Shown here in pieces: positions 16,379 through 25,808 of a stretch of DNA of 64,000 nt. Position 1 is the stretch's first letter, and each line of letters begins with the position of its first letter. Position numbers and translations under genes: made by a program. The notes under the pieces are model-generated. The model did no database searches and was not told where the DNA came from. It worked only from the letters and a program-made list of their open reading frames with translations. The stretch covers positions 1 through 64,000 of the IMG/VR virus record IMGVR_UViG_3300027763_000037. One strand, written 5' to 3'. The stretch comes from a virus.

Positions 16379-16785
16379 TATTTTCCTGACTTGGCTCTTG
16401 CCTTAGCAAGTGCCTTAAAGTCCTTAACCTTGGTATCTCCAAGGTATCCCCATGCATAACCATCATTAATCATCATATCGTTAAGAGATACTGTGTTTCC
16501 ATCTACATATACCCAGCCTAAAATACGACCATACTTTTCAGATGAGTCCATCTTCTCAGTCTTAATTACAACAGACTTAGCATCCTTTAGAGACTTCTTT
16601 AGGTACTCTTTGGCTTCAAGTCCAAGAGCCTTCTCCGCAAGATCCTTTGTGCGTGACTCAGGGGTATCAATACCAGCCAGTCTTACACGGGATGCAAATA
16701 ATATATCAAACCCTAAATCAATAAGAACATCAATGGTATCTCCATCTACGACATTCTCTACTTTTCTTACATAGTATTCATACAT
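16378..16785 (-). CDS. Thermonuclease (SNase-like)
   Basis: VVDGDT, VRLAGIDTPE, KYGRILG. Confidence 0.92.
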   Translation of the reverse strand: MYEYYVRKVENVVDGDTIDVLIDLGFDILFASRVRLAGIDTPESRTKDLAEKALGLEAKEYLKKSLKDAKSVVIKTEKMDSSEKYGRILGWVYVDGNTVSLNDMMINDGYAWGYLGDTKVKDFKALAKARAKSGK

Positions 16786-16794
16786 AGCATTCTC

Positions 16795-17370
16795 CTAGTT
16801 TATATATTTGTTTGGCATAATATCAAATAATAGATGAATTCTATCTGTTGTACCATTATTTGTTACGCCGTGGAATCTTCCATTGTTAATCTCCCAGCAA
16901 TCTCCAGCCTTCATGTGCTTTTCTTCTTTATCAATTAAGAATATAGCATCTTCATTTGTTTGAATTGCTATGTGGTGTCTATGGACAAGCCCTAAATAGT
17001 CACCTTCATCATGGTGCTGATAAACAATTTTATTTCCAGGCAATCTTAAAAATGCTGCCTTTCCCATTTTCCCATCATGTTTTTTTTCATAGTGACCAAT
17101 TATTGGCTCTATCATTTTCCAAAGTTCTTGATCTTTAAGCCTAAATGTTGGTTCAAATGGTTGTCCTAGTTGCCATCCCATAATCTCCGAAACAAAAAGA
17201 GTTGTTGTCTCTCTATGAACAAAGGGAGGCATCTGTTGTCTTGTTCTGTCAATCCACCATTCTTCTTCTGGATAAGATAAAAGTTTATTTAAAATATCAT
17301 CTACATTATGATTTTCATAATATATATATCTCCAGTCTGCTTTTCTTTTTTGGTCAATGATTGATAACAT
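16795..17370 (-). CDS. Aspartyl/asparaginyl beta-hydroxylase-like 2OG-Fe(II) oxygenase
   Basis: HHD, HIAIQTN, WEINN..FHGV.N.G..DRIHLLFD. Confidence 0.85.
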   Translation of the reverse strand: MLSIIDQKRKADWRYIYYENHNVDDILNKLLSYPEEEWWIDRTRQQMPPFVHRETTTLFVSEIMGWQLGQPFEPTFRLKDQELWKMIEPIIGHYEKKHDGKMGKAAFLRLPGNKIVYQHHDEGDYLGLVHRHHIAIQTNEDAIFLIDKEEKHMKAGDCWEINNGRFHGVTNNGTTDRIHLLFDIMPNKYIN

Positions 17371-17573
17371 TATTTTCTTCCCCATTTAACTTTATTCCAA
17401 CCACGCTCATGGAAGTAATAAAGAACTGTTTTTGTAAATACCTCAAAACTTGCTATTGCCCCTGCTGTAACTGGCTCTTTAGTTATTGCCCAAGATATTA
17501 CAAAGGTATCTGCTGTGCCAATGACACGCCAAGTAATTGCTTTTAGGGCTGATCTTTGTTTGGTTACATTCAT
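17370..17573 (-). CDS. DUF2061-like small membrane protein
   Basis: RS..KAITWR..GT.DT...YYFHER.W..V.WG. Confidence 0.85.
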   Translation of the reverse strand: MNVTKQRSALKAITWRVIGTADTFVISWAITKEPVTAGAIASFEVFTKTVLYYFHERGWNKVKWGRK

Positions 17574-17618
17574 GATGGCCACTCAATTTTGCTTGGCTTA
17601 GTGATGAAGTTCCAGACT

Positions 17619-18386
17619 TTAGATACCCAGTTCTTTACGTTTTTGCGTAGCCGATATAGCATGAATGTCTGCCCCCAAATCTACTTGTTCAATTTTATAT
17701 CCTACATCACGACCATACACAATGTTGGTAATGTTAGGAACCTTTATTACATTTGCCGTTGGCATGTCTTTCTGAATAAAATTTTTGACTTCGTGGAAAT
17801 GCAAAGGATCTTTTTCACTCATTCCAACTGTGTGGCGAACACCAATTACAACCTGAGTATTACGCTTTGCTGCTTCATCAAAAAGAGCACGATGCCCCTC
17901 ATGCCAAGGTTGGTAACGACCAAGAAGCAATACGGTATTTTCTTTCCAATCAAACATTCCAAATTTTCTAACAACAGTTATTGCTCTTGTTGCAACTGCA
18001 TCTGTGTGCTCATCGCCAGTGACAACAATGCGATGATCATAATGTTCTGGATCTTCCCATAGTTTATTTGTGTCATCAAAACGACCTTCTTTAATTGTAT
18101 CAACCCATACGACTACATCTGCTTCTCCAAATGCTTTGCGTGTTTCTTCAGTTGGACATATAAAATCTACAAGGACTGGCTTGTCCTGAATCTCCTCAAG
18201 TAGTCTTGCAAGTTCTCCCATTCGTCGTGCCTGCTCTACACGATCTTCTGGAGTAAACCCCAGGTCCTTATTGAGACCAGAACGAACCTGATCAGCATTT
18301 AAATGTATGGCATTAGTTCTGTCTCTAACCGCATCGGCAATTGTTGTTTTACCAGAACCTGGAAGACCCATAAATTGTATAATCAT
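17619..18386 (-). CDS. cysC: Adenylylsulfate kinase fused to an HxGH nucleotidyltransferase domain
   Basis: GLPGSGKTT, NAD.VR..LN.DLGFT.EDR....RR; C-terminal GRYQPWHEGH and ISAT..R. Confidence 0.85.
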   Translation of the reverse strand: MIIQFMGLPGSGKTTIADAVRDRTNAIHLNADQVRSGLNKDLGFTPEDRVEQARRMGELARLLEEIQDKPVLVDFICPTEETRKAFGEADVVVWVDTIKEGRFDDTNKLWEDPEHYDHRIVVTGDEHTDAVATRAITVVRKFGMFDWKENTVLLLGRYQPWHEGHRALFDEAAKRNTQVVIGVRHTVGMSEKDPLHFHEVKNFIQKDMPTANVIKVPNITNIVYGRDVGYKIEQVDLGADIHAISATQKRKELGI

Positions 18387-18403
18387 TTGTTACTCTTTTC
18401 TGT

Positions 18404-18631
18404 TTATTGTAGTTTTAATCGTTCATCTAATATAGTTATTGCAAATTCCATCATTTTTTTGTAGCCGACAGAATTATCCATAATCTTATTATAATGATGT
18501 CCGCAAAACATTAAATCGCCTAGTAGGCCAGTGACTTGTACAAGGGCCTCAGCATTACATCTATCGCATCTGTCAAGAGGAGATAAAGTCCACTGCTTTG
18601 CTTCTACTACTTCATCAATCATCGTATTCAT
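18404..18631 (-). CDS. Small Zn-binding actinobacterial-type protein
   Basis: DRCDRC...LMFCGHH. Confidence 0.7.
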   Translation of the reverse strand: MNTMIDEVVEAKQWTLSPLDRCDRCNAEALVQVTGLLGDLMFCGHHYNKIMDNSVGYKKMMEFAITILDERLKLQ

Positions 18632-18632
18632 A

Positions 18633-18818
18633 TTATACCCTTCGATTATCAGTGGAATAAAATCCACTACCGTTGAAAACTGCTCCTACATTAGAGTATA
18701 CACGAACTAAAGAAGTATTGCAAGTATCACACTTGTAGCCTGGATCATCCTCTGAAATTGATCGCTGTTTAATAAAATTATCATTGCAAGTACTGCAATT
18801 ATACTCATAAATAGCCAT
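18633..18818 (-). CDS. FmdB-family zinc-ribbon protein
   Basis: IYEY.C..C...C..C...L.R......F.GSGFY.TD. Confidence 0.85.
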   Translation of the reverse strand: MAIYEYNCSTCNDNFIKQRSISEDDPGYKCDTCNTSLVRVYSNVGAVFNGSGFYSTDNRRV

Positions 18819-18821
18819 AGG

Positions 18822-18929
18822 TTATTTCTTCTTTTTTGCTTTTACAGTCCAAATTGGTGCATTGAGATTATCTCCGCCCCATTCATAACCTAAAGCCTTT
18901 ACAACAAATCTAATAATTTTGATACGCAT
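18822..18929 (-). CDS. Small hypothetical protein (35 aa)
   Basis: MRIKIIRFVVKALGYEWGG...; TAATG coupling. Confidence 0.45.
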   Translation of the reverse strand: MRIKIIRFVVKALGYEWGGDNLNAPIWTVKAKKKK

Positions 18930-19129
18930 TACTTTACCTTACTTCCAAACTTAGCCCAGACTCTTTCATGTAAGAAATATCCAAGTGCTTCCCAACCAAT
19001 GTAAAGAAGAGCACCAAGACTTGCATACTCCCATTCACCAGTAAATAAATAAATTACTCCAGCAACTCCAACTAAATGAAAAGTTTCCCAACTTGCTGTC
19101 TTTAATAGCGTTCTCTTTGTTGATTCCAT
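18929..19129 (-). CDS. Second DUF2061-like membrane protein
   Basis: ES.KR.L.KT.SW...YFLHERVW. Confidence 0.75.
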   Translation of the reverse strand: MESTKRTLLKTASWETFHLVGVAGVIYLFTGEWEYASLGALLYIGWEALGYFLHERVWAKFGSKVK

Positions 19130-19744
19130 TTATTTAGCCTTCTTAACTACTGGCTTCTTTACTACTGGCTTAGCAACTGGCTTAGCAGGTGCTTGTACAG
19201 ACTCTGCTAGTTTGTTTAGTAATGGAGCATTCTCTTCTCCAGCATAAACTGGGCGACCCCAACCAACTACAGCATTAACCAACTTTTTCTTGTTATTCTT
19301 TACATAACCACGAGTCTTCTCTACGCACATTCCTCCGTTGCGTTGATCTCCCTTGGCGGTTCCTGAAGTGTTTCCTTCAATAACCTGAATAGTTCCATCA
19401 CCATTGTTTTTAATGCAAAGACCAACATGTGAAATACGATTTACACCATCTTCTGGGAAATCAAAATAGATCCAGTCTCCTGCTTGTGGGTCATCATTAC
19501 GAGCATCTGCCCAACGACCCTCTTTCTTAAACTGATCTGATGCTGCTACTGTTGAAGCAGACTTTGGAAACTTGGCTACTCCTGCTGTATGAGCACACCA
19601 CGAAACAAAAGACTGGCACCATGGTTGGAAGTTAACCTTCATCCATGCACCGTACTTTGTTTCGTTATCCTTTGGGCCTTCAATTGTGCCCACTTCTTTC
19701 TTTGCAACTTCAATGATTGCTTCTAAACTACCTTTTACTGCCAT
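19130..19744 (-). CDS. CHAP-domain endolysin/amidase
   Basis: PWCQSFVSWC, SHVG, IEGNT; SD AGGAGG before ATG 19744. Confidence 0.88.
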   Translation of the reverse strand: MAVKGSLEAIIEVAKKEVGTIEGPKDNETKYGAWMKVNFQPWCQSFVSWCAHTAGVAKFPKSASTVAASDQFKKEGRWADARNDDPQAGDWIYFDFPEDGVNRISHVGLCIKNNGDGTIQVIEGNTSGTAKGDQRNGGMCVEKTRGYVKNNKKKLVNAVVGWGRPVYAGEENAPLLNKLAESVQAPAKPVAKPVVKKPVVKKAK

Positions 19745-19780
19745 GGTTGCCTCCTTTAAAGACATATCTATTATACCAGT

Positions 19781-21211
19781 TTACCTACATATTGTAAAAT
19801 TGTACTCTTTTTCCCATTTAACAATATCATTTTCATCATTTAGTAATGGTTGCCCTTTAATATTTAAACTTGTATTAAGAAGTATAGGCACCCCAGTTTG
19901 TAAATAGAATTTATTTAAAACCCTATAAATCCCTGGGTTTTGATCTCTTGTAACTGTTTGTACTCTCGATGTACCATCTGCATGTACGACTGAAGGTATC
20001 TTATCAGGCTGCAAACATTTAACTGTATACTGCATATATGGGCTTTCAAAGTCCATATCAAACCACTTTGATGCATGCTCTGCCATCACTACTGGAGCAA
20101 AAGGTCTAAAGAGTTCTCTCTGTTTAATTAGATTAACTTTGTCTTTGATTAGTGGATCTCTTGGATCTGCAAGGATGCTTCTGTTTCCTAATGCTCTTGG
20201 ACCATACTCTGCTCTTCCTGATGCTACTGCTACGATTCCATCTTTTAGTATGCCGTCCAAAATTTTCTGAACAGGGTACTCTCCACCAAGGTCATAGCCA
20301 AGATAAGGAGTCTTCCAATCAAGATGCTTTCCATATAGGGCTGCTGCTGCACCCAAAGAACTTCCAGCATCTCCTGGGTTGGGCATAATCCAAATCATAT
20401 CAAATATTTTCCACAGCAGTGTATTTGCGGATGAGTTTAGTGCACATCCACCCATGAATACTAAATTATTTTTGCCAGTTAAACTTTTTGCCATACGCAT
20501 GAATTGATTTAGCCTTTGCTCGTATACCATTTGTGCTGCTGCTGCTATATCAAACTTATCTTGTTCTGAAACCCATCCCCAGTCAGTAATTCCCTTATGA
20601 AAATTATATTTTTGCTCATCGTAATTTGGAAAATATTCGTCAACTTTTTTATAATATTTTGTCCAATCTCCGTAAGCAGCCATACCCATCATAATATATT
20701 CTTCTTGGTTTGGCATAAGGCCTATGAGTTGAGTAAATGCAGAGTAGAACAATCCAAAACTAACTGGATAGTTCTGCTTATACTTAAGTTTAATCTTGTC
20801 GCCTTCACCAACCCAAATTGTTGATGTATTAAATTCTCCAATAGCATCAAGGACTACAATACATGCATCATTAAATGCGCTTGTATAATATCCTGCTGCT
20901 GCATGTGAGTAATGATGACCAAAGTTTTTTCTTGGTAAATCTCCAAGTTCTGTAGATTCAAACCATGGCTTTCCACCACCAAAGCCACCCTTAGTCTTTA
21001 CTCTAAGTTTTTTAAGCAAAGGTTTCTCGTAGTATGCAATCTGATCTGGATAGCCATACTGCAATGCATCTTTGATTAATTCTTTATTTGTAAACCAATC
21101 ATTTTTTTGCTTGCTATATCTTTCTGCATGTCCTGCAAAAAGTATTTTTCCATCTTCTATTAAAGAAATAGAAGCATCATGCGTAGTCTCATTTATACCT
21201 AATATTATCAT
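19781..21211 (-). CDS. NodU/CmcH-family O-carbamoyltransferase
   Basis: HDAS, ERYSK.KND, HHYSHAA, DAIGE, GGCALN, GPRALGNRS, FRPFAP, VHADGTSRVQTV, NTSLN. Confidence 0.95.
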   Translation of the reverse strand: MIILGINETTHDASISLIEDGKILFAGHAERYSKQKNDWFTNKELIKDALQYGYPDQIAYYEKPLLKKLRVKTKGGFGGGKPWFESTELGDLPRKNFGHHYSHAAAGYYTSAFNDACIVVLDAIGEFNTSTIWVGEGDKIKLKYKQNYPVSFGLFYSAFTQLIGLMPNQEEYIMMGMAAYGDWTKYYKKVDEYFPNYDEQKYNFHKGITDWGWVSEQDKFDIAAAAQMVYEQRLNQFMRMAKSLTGKNNLVFMGGCALNSSANTLLWKIFDMIWIMPNPGDAGSSLGAAAALYGKHLDWKTPYLGYDLGGEYPVQKILDGILKDGIVAVASGRAEYGPRALGNRSILADPRDPLIKDKVNLIKQRELFRPFAPVVMAEHASKWFDMDFESPYMQYTVKCLQPDKIPSVVHADGTSRVQTVTRDQNPGIYRVLNKFYLQTGVPILLNTSLNIKGQPLLNDENDIVKWEKEYNFTICR

Positions 21212-22182
21212 TTTTTTCCAAACAACTCTATGTACCAAGAATACATTCTATTAGCAAAATATCTTTGAACTGCATACCCATCGTGACGCAAATCTCTAGC
21301 CTTGTTTTCATATTTAGACTTTGGTAAATTAATCATTTTTTCTTCTAAATCATAAAACATTTTTTCAGATAATTCTGTATCAGACCTAAACTTTTTAAAA
21401 TCAATCATCCTGTATAGTGCATCTTCTGGACCCCATGTATTCCAAATTAATTCTATATTATTTGCAATACAAAAAATTTCAAGCATTCTTAGGGTATATA
21501 CCGATCTTAATATAGATGCTTCTGCAGACATGACCTGCTCAACTTTTCCAGATCCAATCTCTTCTTTAGTTACTGTTCTCATATTGACATGATCAACAAA
21601 GTTTACATCATTTCTTTCTTTTGCTCCAGGGTACTCCAATAATCCATAACCAATTTGTCGATCAATATCTGGTGCTAAAAAATATATAATATTTGGATTA
21701 CCAAAAAGATGACAATACTTAAAGATATTTTGAACTATTTTTTCTATAGAGCCACCAGTAAAAGAAAGTGCTTGGTAAGGACCAAAACTTACTTCAGGAT
21801 TATCTGTCTTCATCCATTGATATAAAATTGATGGCCAAGTCTCCTCTACTGGCAAACCTGAGCCAAATGTTTGGGAACATCCAGCAAATAAAACATTTGT
21901 TTTATCTTTATTTAGTCTACTAAATTCATCAGACCTGTGCCCAAAAGAATTGCTTATATATGAAATTTTTTCATCATAAACAATTGAACTTTCCATGTCT
22001 GGACTGTCATCTAAATGAAATGACAAAGGATTTTTGTTATATGAATCCAACATTGGCAAACTACAGTGATCAAGATTATACGTCATTGGATTTAAAGATA
22101 AAATATTTAAATCTATTTGATCTAGCCTAAACCTATCATTAGCATATTCTGGACCATCATAATTAAAAAACCTACTAGTCAT
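21208..22182 (-). CDS. SGNH/GDSL-like protein (paralogue 3)
   Basis: NSFGHRSDEF, LFAGCSQTFG, RDLRHDG; ATGA overlap with the carbamoyltransferase. Confidence 0.7.
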   Translation of the reverse strand: MTSRFFNYDGPEYANDRFRLDQIDLNILSLNPMTYNLDHCSLPMLDSYNKNPLSFHLDDSPDMESSIVYDEKISYISNSFGHRSDEFSRLNKDKTNVLFAGCSQTFGSGLPVEETWPSILYQWMKTDNPEVSFGPYQALSFTGGSIEKIVQNIFKYCHLFGNPNIIYFLAPDIDRQIGYGLLEYPGAKERNDVNFVDHVNMRTVTKEEIGSGKVEQVMSAEASILRSVYTLRMLEIFCIANNIELIWNTWGPEDALYRMIDFKKFRSDTELSEKMFYDLEEKMINLPKSKYENKARDLRHDGYAVQRYFANRMYSWYIELFGKK

Positions 22183-22185
22183 AGA

Positions 22186-22857
22186 CTATTCTCTTCCGTC
22201 AGAAAGTATTGGCTTCTCCATATTGTGATACCAGTGTGGCAAAGAGTATCTTGTCCCTGATGTTATTTCTTGTACTTCATGAACGTACAAAAAGTTTGAT
22301 GGGAAAAATACAATACTGCCAGGGTCTGGCTCAAGAATAATATCTGAATTTACAAATTCAATCTCTCCACCTTCGTAGTCATCATTAAAGTATGAAACTA
22401 CAGATAGAACACGGCTACTAATTCCATGATCTTGGTGTGCTGGAAGGAATCCTCCTGGCTCATACCTAAGCATATTTACGCCAAACTCTCTTGACTTTAT
22501 GTTTGCATGAGCAAATGGATATAACTCTTTTGCATAATGATTGTAAGCAACCTCAAGTGGATCATAAATTCTTTTTGATAGACTTGACAACTCTTTGTAA
22601 TAATAGTCTTGTTCTGTAACCGTACCAGGTTTGGGAATAAATTTTTGCCAACAAAATGTTTCTAGAGTTCCAGCACTTTCATTTTGCCATGGCATCCAAT
22701 CTGTTTGAATTGTATGGGCATTTCCATGCTCTTTGTTAATAAATCTTTCGTGCATTTCTTTTATATCATCAATAATTAATTGAGGATCTTTAATAATGTT
22801 AGTATAGTATACTAATCCAAGGTCTGCAATTTCAAAATCAAATGGAAGTGAGTTCAT
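22186..22857 (-). CDS. 2OG-Fe(II) oxygenase, P4H-like
   Basis: HQD, YFNDDYEGGEIEF, HEV, RYS. Confidence 0.85.
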   Translation of the reverse strand: MNSLPFDFEIADLGLVYYTNIIKDPQLIIDDIKEMHERFINKEHGNAHTIQTDWMPWQNESAGTLETFCWQKFIPKPGTVTEQDYYYKELSSLSKRIYDPLEVAYNHYAKELYPFAHANIKSREFGVNMLRYEPGGFLPAHQDHGISSRVLSVVSYFNDDYEGGEIEFVNSDIILEPDPGSIVFFPSNFLYVHEVQEITSGTRYSLPHWYHNMEKPILSDGRE

Positions 22858-23443
22858 GGAACTGAGCCTCCCATCTTAGGTTAGATTTTGGAACATCGAT
22901 AAAGTCTGGATCAACATGCTCTGGCAAACTTGTATGCATGTATAGTGCAGTATATCTGTTACCCCTTGTTACTGTTGTTATTCCATGGATGTATTCGCTT
23001 CCAGCCCCTGGAAAAAATACAGCAGAGTATTGCTTGGGTTGATATGTAAAGTTTTGATTAGGGAAATATATCATTCCTCCATCATATTCTGATTCATTGT
23101 TTAGATACATAATTGTGCTCCACTCAATAAATGGCTCAGGATCTTGAGCATCTATATGAAGTCCGCCCTTTGTTCCTTCTGTCCAGTGTGATCCAAAACC
23201 TTTAAAAACATAAATAGGATTTACAAACCCATTAAGTTGTTTATGAACATCATTTGCTTTGTGTCCGTACTTTACCATTATGTCCATTACTGTTGGGTTA
23301 TATGGCAAAGAGGTTCCACCATATCGTTCCTTATAGTACTCTGGGTATGGAAGTTTGACACCATTTGGATCTTGCTGCTCACGTATCAGTGTTGCTGCAT
23401 CCTCTGGGGATATAAAGTTTTCTATAATTTTTATTCTATGCAT
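22838..23443 (-). CDS. 2OG-Fe(II) oxygenase, P4H-like
   Basis: HID, MYLN...YDGG.IYF, HGI, RYT. Confidence 0.85.
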   Translation of the reverse strand: MHRIKIIENFISPEDAATLIREQQDPNGVKLPYPEYYKERYGGTSLPYNPTVMDIMVKYGHKANDVHKQLNGFVNPIYVFKGFGSHWTEGTKGGLHIDAQDPEPFIEWSTIMYLNNESEYDGGMIYFPNQNFTYQPKQYSAVFFPGAGSEYIHGITTVTRGNRYTALYMHTSLPEHVDPDFIDVPKSNLRWEAQFHELTSI

Positions 23444-23468
23444 GTTTTCCTCCTTATTAATTATACCA

Positions 23469-24329
23469 CTAACGAATAGACCTTGTTATTCCAATAAATC
23501 TCTCGCCTTGTACTGCCTGAAAGTCTAACTGATCATGGTTATATTTTGGGTCATTTTTTTCAAATGGCAACTCATATATTCTATCTATCTGTATACCGTG
23601 AAAATTAATAAAATCTTTTACTGTTCTTTGATTATGTTTTTCTATATTTATAAATCTTGAATTACCATGTTTAATTAATCTAACAAACTCATTATAATTG
23701 TGCACCAAAGAAAATGGGGTATATATTGTTTCAATAATATTTTCTGAAATTTTAGAATATAGATTTGAGCAATAAGAATATATATCTATTCCACTGCAAT
23801 AAAGCAAAATGCTTACAGTTTCATTTTCTCCATAGTACTTTAAATGTCTTGGGTATTCAAACTGTTTTAATATATCTCCTTTACCAAATGCAAAATCTCT
23901 TGTAAAGACATTAGAAATTTGTGTAGACATTAAATCTTCAGATACAATTTCAAAAGAAAAGTCATCTTTTAACTTAAAATAAGTATTTCCTTTGCCAGAT
24001 ACAATCGCTTTTTTGTTATCTAAAAATCCAATTAGTTCTGTGTCCCAAGATTTTTTTACCATAACATTATCACCAACTAGCAGGACATAGTCTGAATTAG
24101 AAGACTGTATTGCATTTAGTTTCATATCACAAGGACTTTCGTGTGAGTCCCATATGACATGTCTATATTTTATATTTTTATAATCTTTGAATATATAATC
24201 TTTTATTAAAGGACTTTGATCAATAATTGTAATAAAAATTTCATTATCTGTGTTATTAATTAAATTTTCAACAACATCCTTTAATTGCTTTCCTTTATAA
24301 GAATAAATTATGGCTTCTATACTATTCAT
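23469..24329 (-). CDS. GT-A glycosyltransferase, divergent GT60-like
   Basis: DYVLLVGDN....WDTELI, YYGE....S...Y.SG.DIY parallel to 5416..6528. Confidence 0.55.
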   Translation of the reverse strand: MNSIEAIIYSYKGKQLKDVVENLINNTDNEIFITIIDQSPLIKDYIFKDYKNIKYRHVIWDSHESPCDMKLNAIQSSNSDYVLLVGDNVMVKKSWDTELIGFLDNKKAIVSGKGNTYFKLKDDFSFEIVSEDLMSTQISNVFTRDFAFGKGDILKQFEYPRHLKYYGENETVSILLYCSGIDIYSYCSNLYSKISENIIETIYTPFSLVHNYNEFVRLIKHGNSRFINIEKHNQRTVKDFINFHGIQIDRIYELPFEKNDPKYNHDQLDFQAVQGERFIGITRSIR

Positions 24330-25089
24330 CTAAATACTCTTCTTTTGTGTTGGTTTTAGATCCAAACAATTTCTTTCTCCAAGCAGTTTTTTTGTAATAC
24401 CCGTAAAGCATAGAACGTCTATTTTCTGCACGGAACTCATGCTTATCTAATTCCTCTGGTGTTTCTATTACCTCAAGTTCCCAATTATCTCTTTTAAATG
24501 GAATAATTTGAAATATGGGGGTTCCTTTTTTAATTGTTCCTCTAAAGTCTTTTTGTAAAAAGAAAGCAGTAAAAACTGGAAGGCCCCAAATATCTGACTC
24601 AACTATACCAGACTGTGTATAGAAAGGAAGATCAAACCTGTTCATTGGGTGAGTAATTAATACTGAATACCCTGGAGGAGTTTCATAATACCAATTCATT
24701 CTCCATCCGTAGTGCACTGGATGACAGTTATTTGGTATTGGCATATCTATGATTGGTCTTTTGTCAACAAGCATTACGTCTCCATCCCACCAAAGAATTG
24801 GCTTGCCAGTACCTGGTTCAACATCTACATGAAGATCATCTTCTAAAACATACTGATAGCCAGCAGTTAGCGAATCTAAAAAAGGCATACACATCTTTGT
24901 AGAGACTTGAGCACCATCAGTTCCAATATGGTTAACTGGGTTTAAGTGTTCATCGCTATTCCAAAAATCATGTCTTGATAAAGATTTATACCATTCTGGA
25001 ACATGCTTTGCTGATGGTTCTGGTGGAGACAATCTTTGTCCGTGATTTAAAAAGGCTGGAGTAAATGTAATCTTAAGAGGATCACTCAC
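24322..25089 (-). CDS. DUF6065-like protein (paralogue 1)
   Basis: PEWYK, K.CMPFLD.LTAGY, PPGYS...HP.NR, GIVESD, KGTP..QIIPFKRD. Confidence 0.6.
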   Translation of the reverse strand: MSDPLKITFTPAFLNHGQRLSPPEPSAKHVPEWYKSLSRHDFWNSDEHLNPVNHIGTDGAQVSTKMCMPFLDSLTAGYQYVLEDDLHVDVEPGTGKPILWWDGDVMLVDKRPIIDMPIPNNCHPVHYGWRMNWYYETPPGYSVLITHPMNRFDLPFYTQSGIVESDIWGLPVFTAFFLQKDFRGTIKKGTPIFQIIPFKRDNWELEVIETPEELDKHEFRAENRRSMLYGYYKKTAWRKKLFGSKTNTKEEYLDE

Positions 25090-25808
25090 TTGTAATCCTT
25101 TTTTGACCTCATCTTATTCTTGTATCCAAACTTAAATGTACTGCGTAAAAACATTCTTTGTTTAGTTATAAGTTTATTTGCAACTACTGGATCAACTAGT
25201 TCCATCTCATAGTCATCTCTCTTAAAAGGAATAACTTGCACTAATGGCATTCCTTGCTTTAGCACACCCTTAAAATCTTTTTCAACCAAGAATGAAAAAT
25301 GTCCATCAACAATAAACTTATCACTATCAACAACTCCACTAATTGCCTGGAGCGGTGAAGGATCCCTGTGTATTGGGTTTGTAACTAAAACACTATGGCC
25401 CTCTTCTGTCTCTAATGCCCAAAATGGCATGATTCTAAATAAATCACGATGATATCTTGTTTCATCTATTGGATATGTACTATATTGTTCTCTTGAATGA
25501 CTAGAAACAAGATCATTCTTAATCATGTTCAATGGATTTGGAATACTCCATGTTATCTTTGCTGGGTTGGTTGCATCAACATAAATATCACAAGGAAGGC
25601 TTAAGATATACCCTGCAGTTATAGCATCAAAAATTGGCATACATCTTTTAACAGTACTTGTTGAAGTTCCCTGTGGCAAGGCCATCTCTTCATTTATATC
25701 AGATGGCATTTTTTTATACCAATCAGGCATGCTTTTGGATGCTGGAATTGGCTCAGGTGTAAATGCTGGGGTTCTATCGTTAAATGGATAGAATTTAATC
25801 TTGCTCAT
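25086..25808 (-). CDS. DUF6065-like protein (paralogue 2)
   Basis: PDWYK, KRCMP.FDA.TAGY, SGVVDSD, G.PLVQVIPFKRD. Confidence 0.6.
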   Translation of the reverse strand: MSKIKFYPFNDRTPAFTPEPIPASKSMPDWYKKMPSDINEEMALPQGTSTSTVKRCMPIFDAITAGYILSLPCDIYVDATNPAKITWSIPNPLNMIKNDLVSSHSREQYSTYPIDETRYHRDLFRIMPFWALETEEGHSVLVTNPIHRDPSPLQAISGVVDSDKFIVDGHFSFLVEKDFKGVLKQGMPLVQVIPFKRDDYEMELVDPVVANKLITKQRMFLRSTFKFGYKNKMRSKKDYK

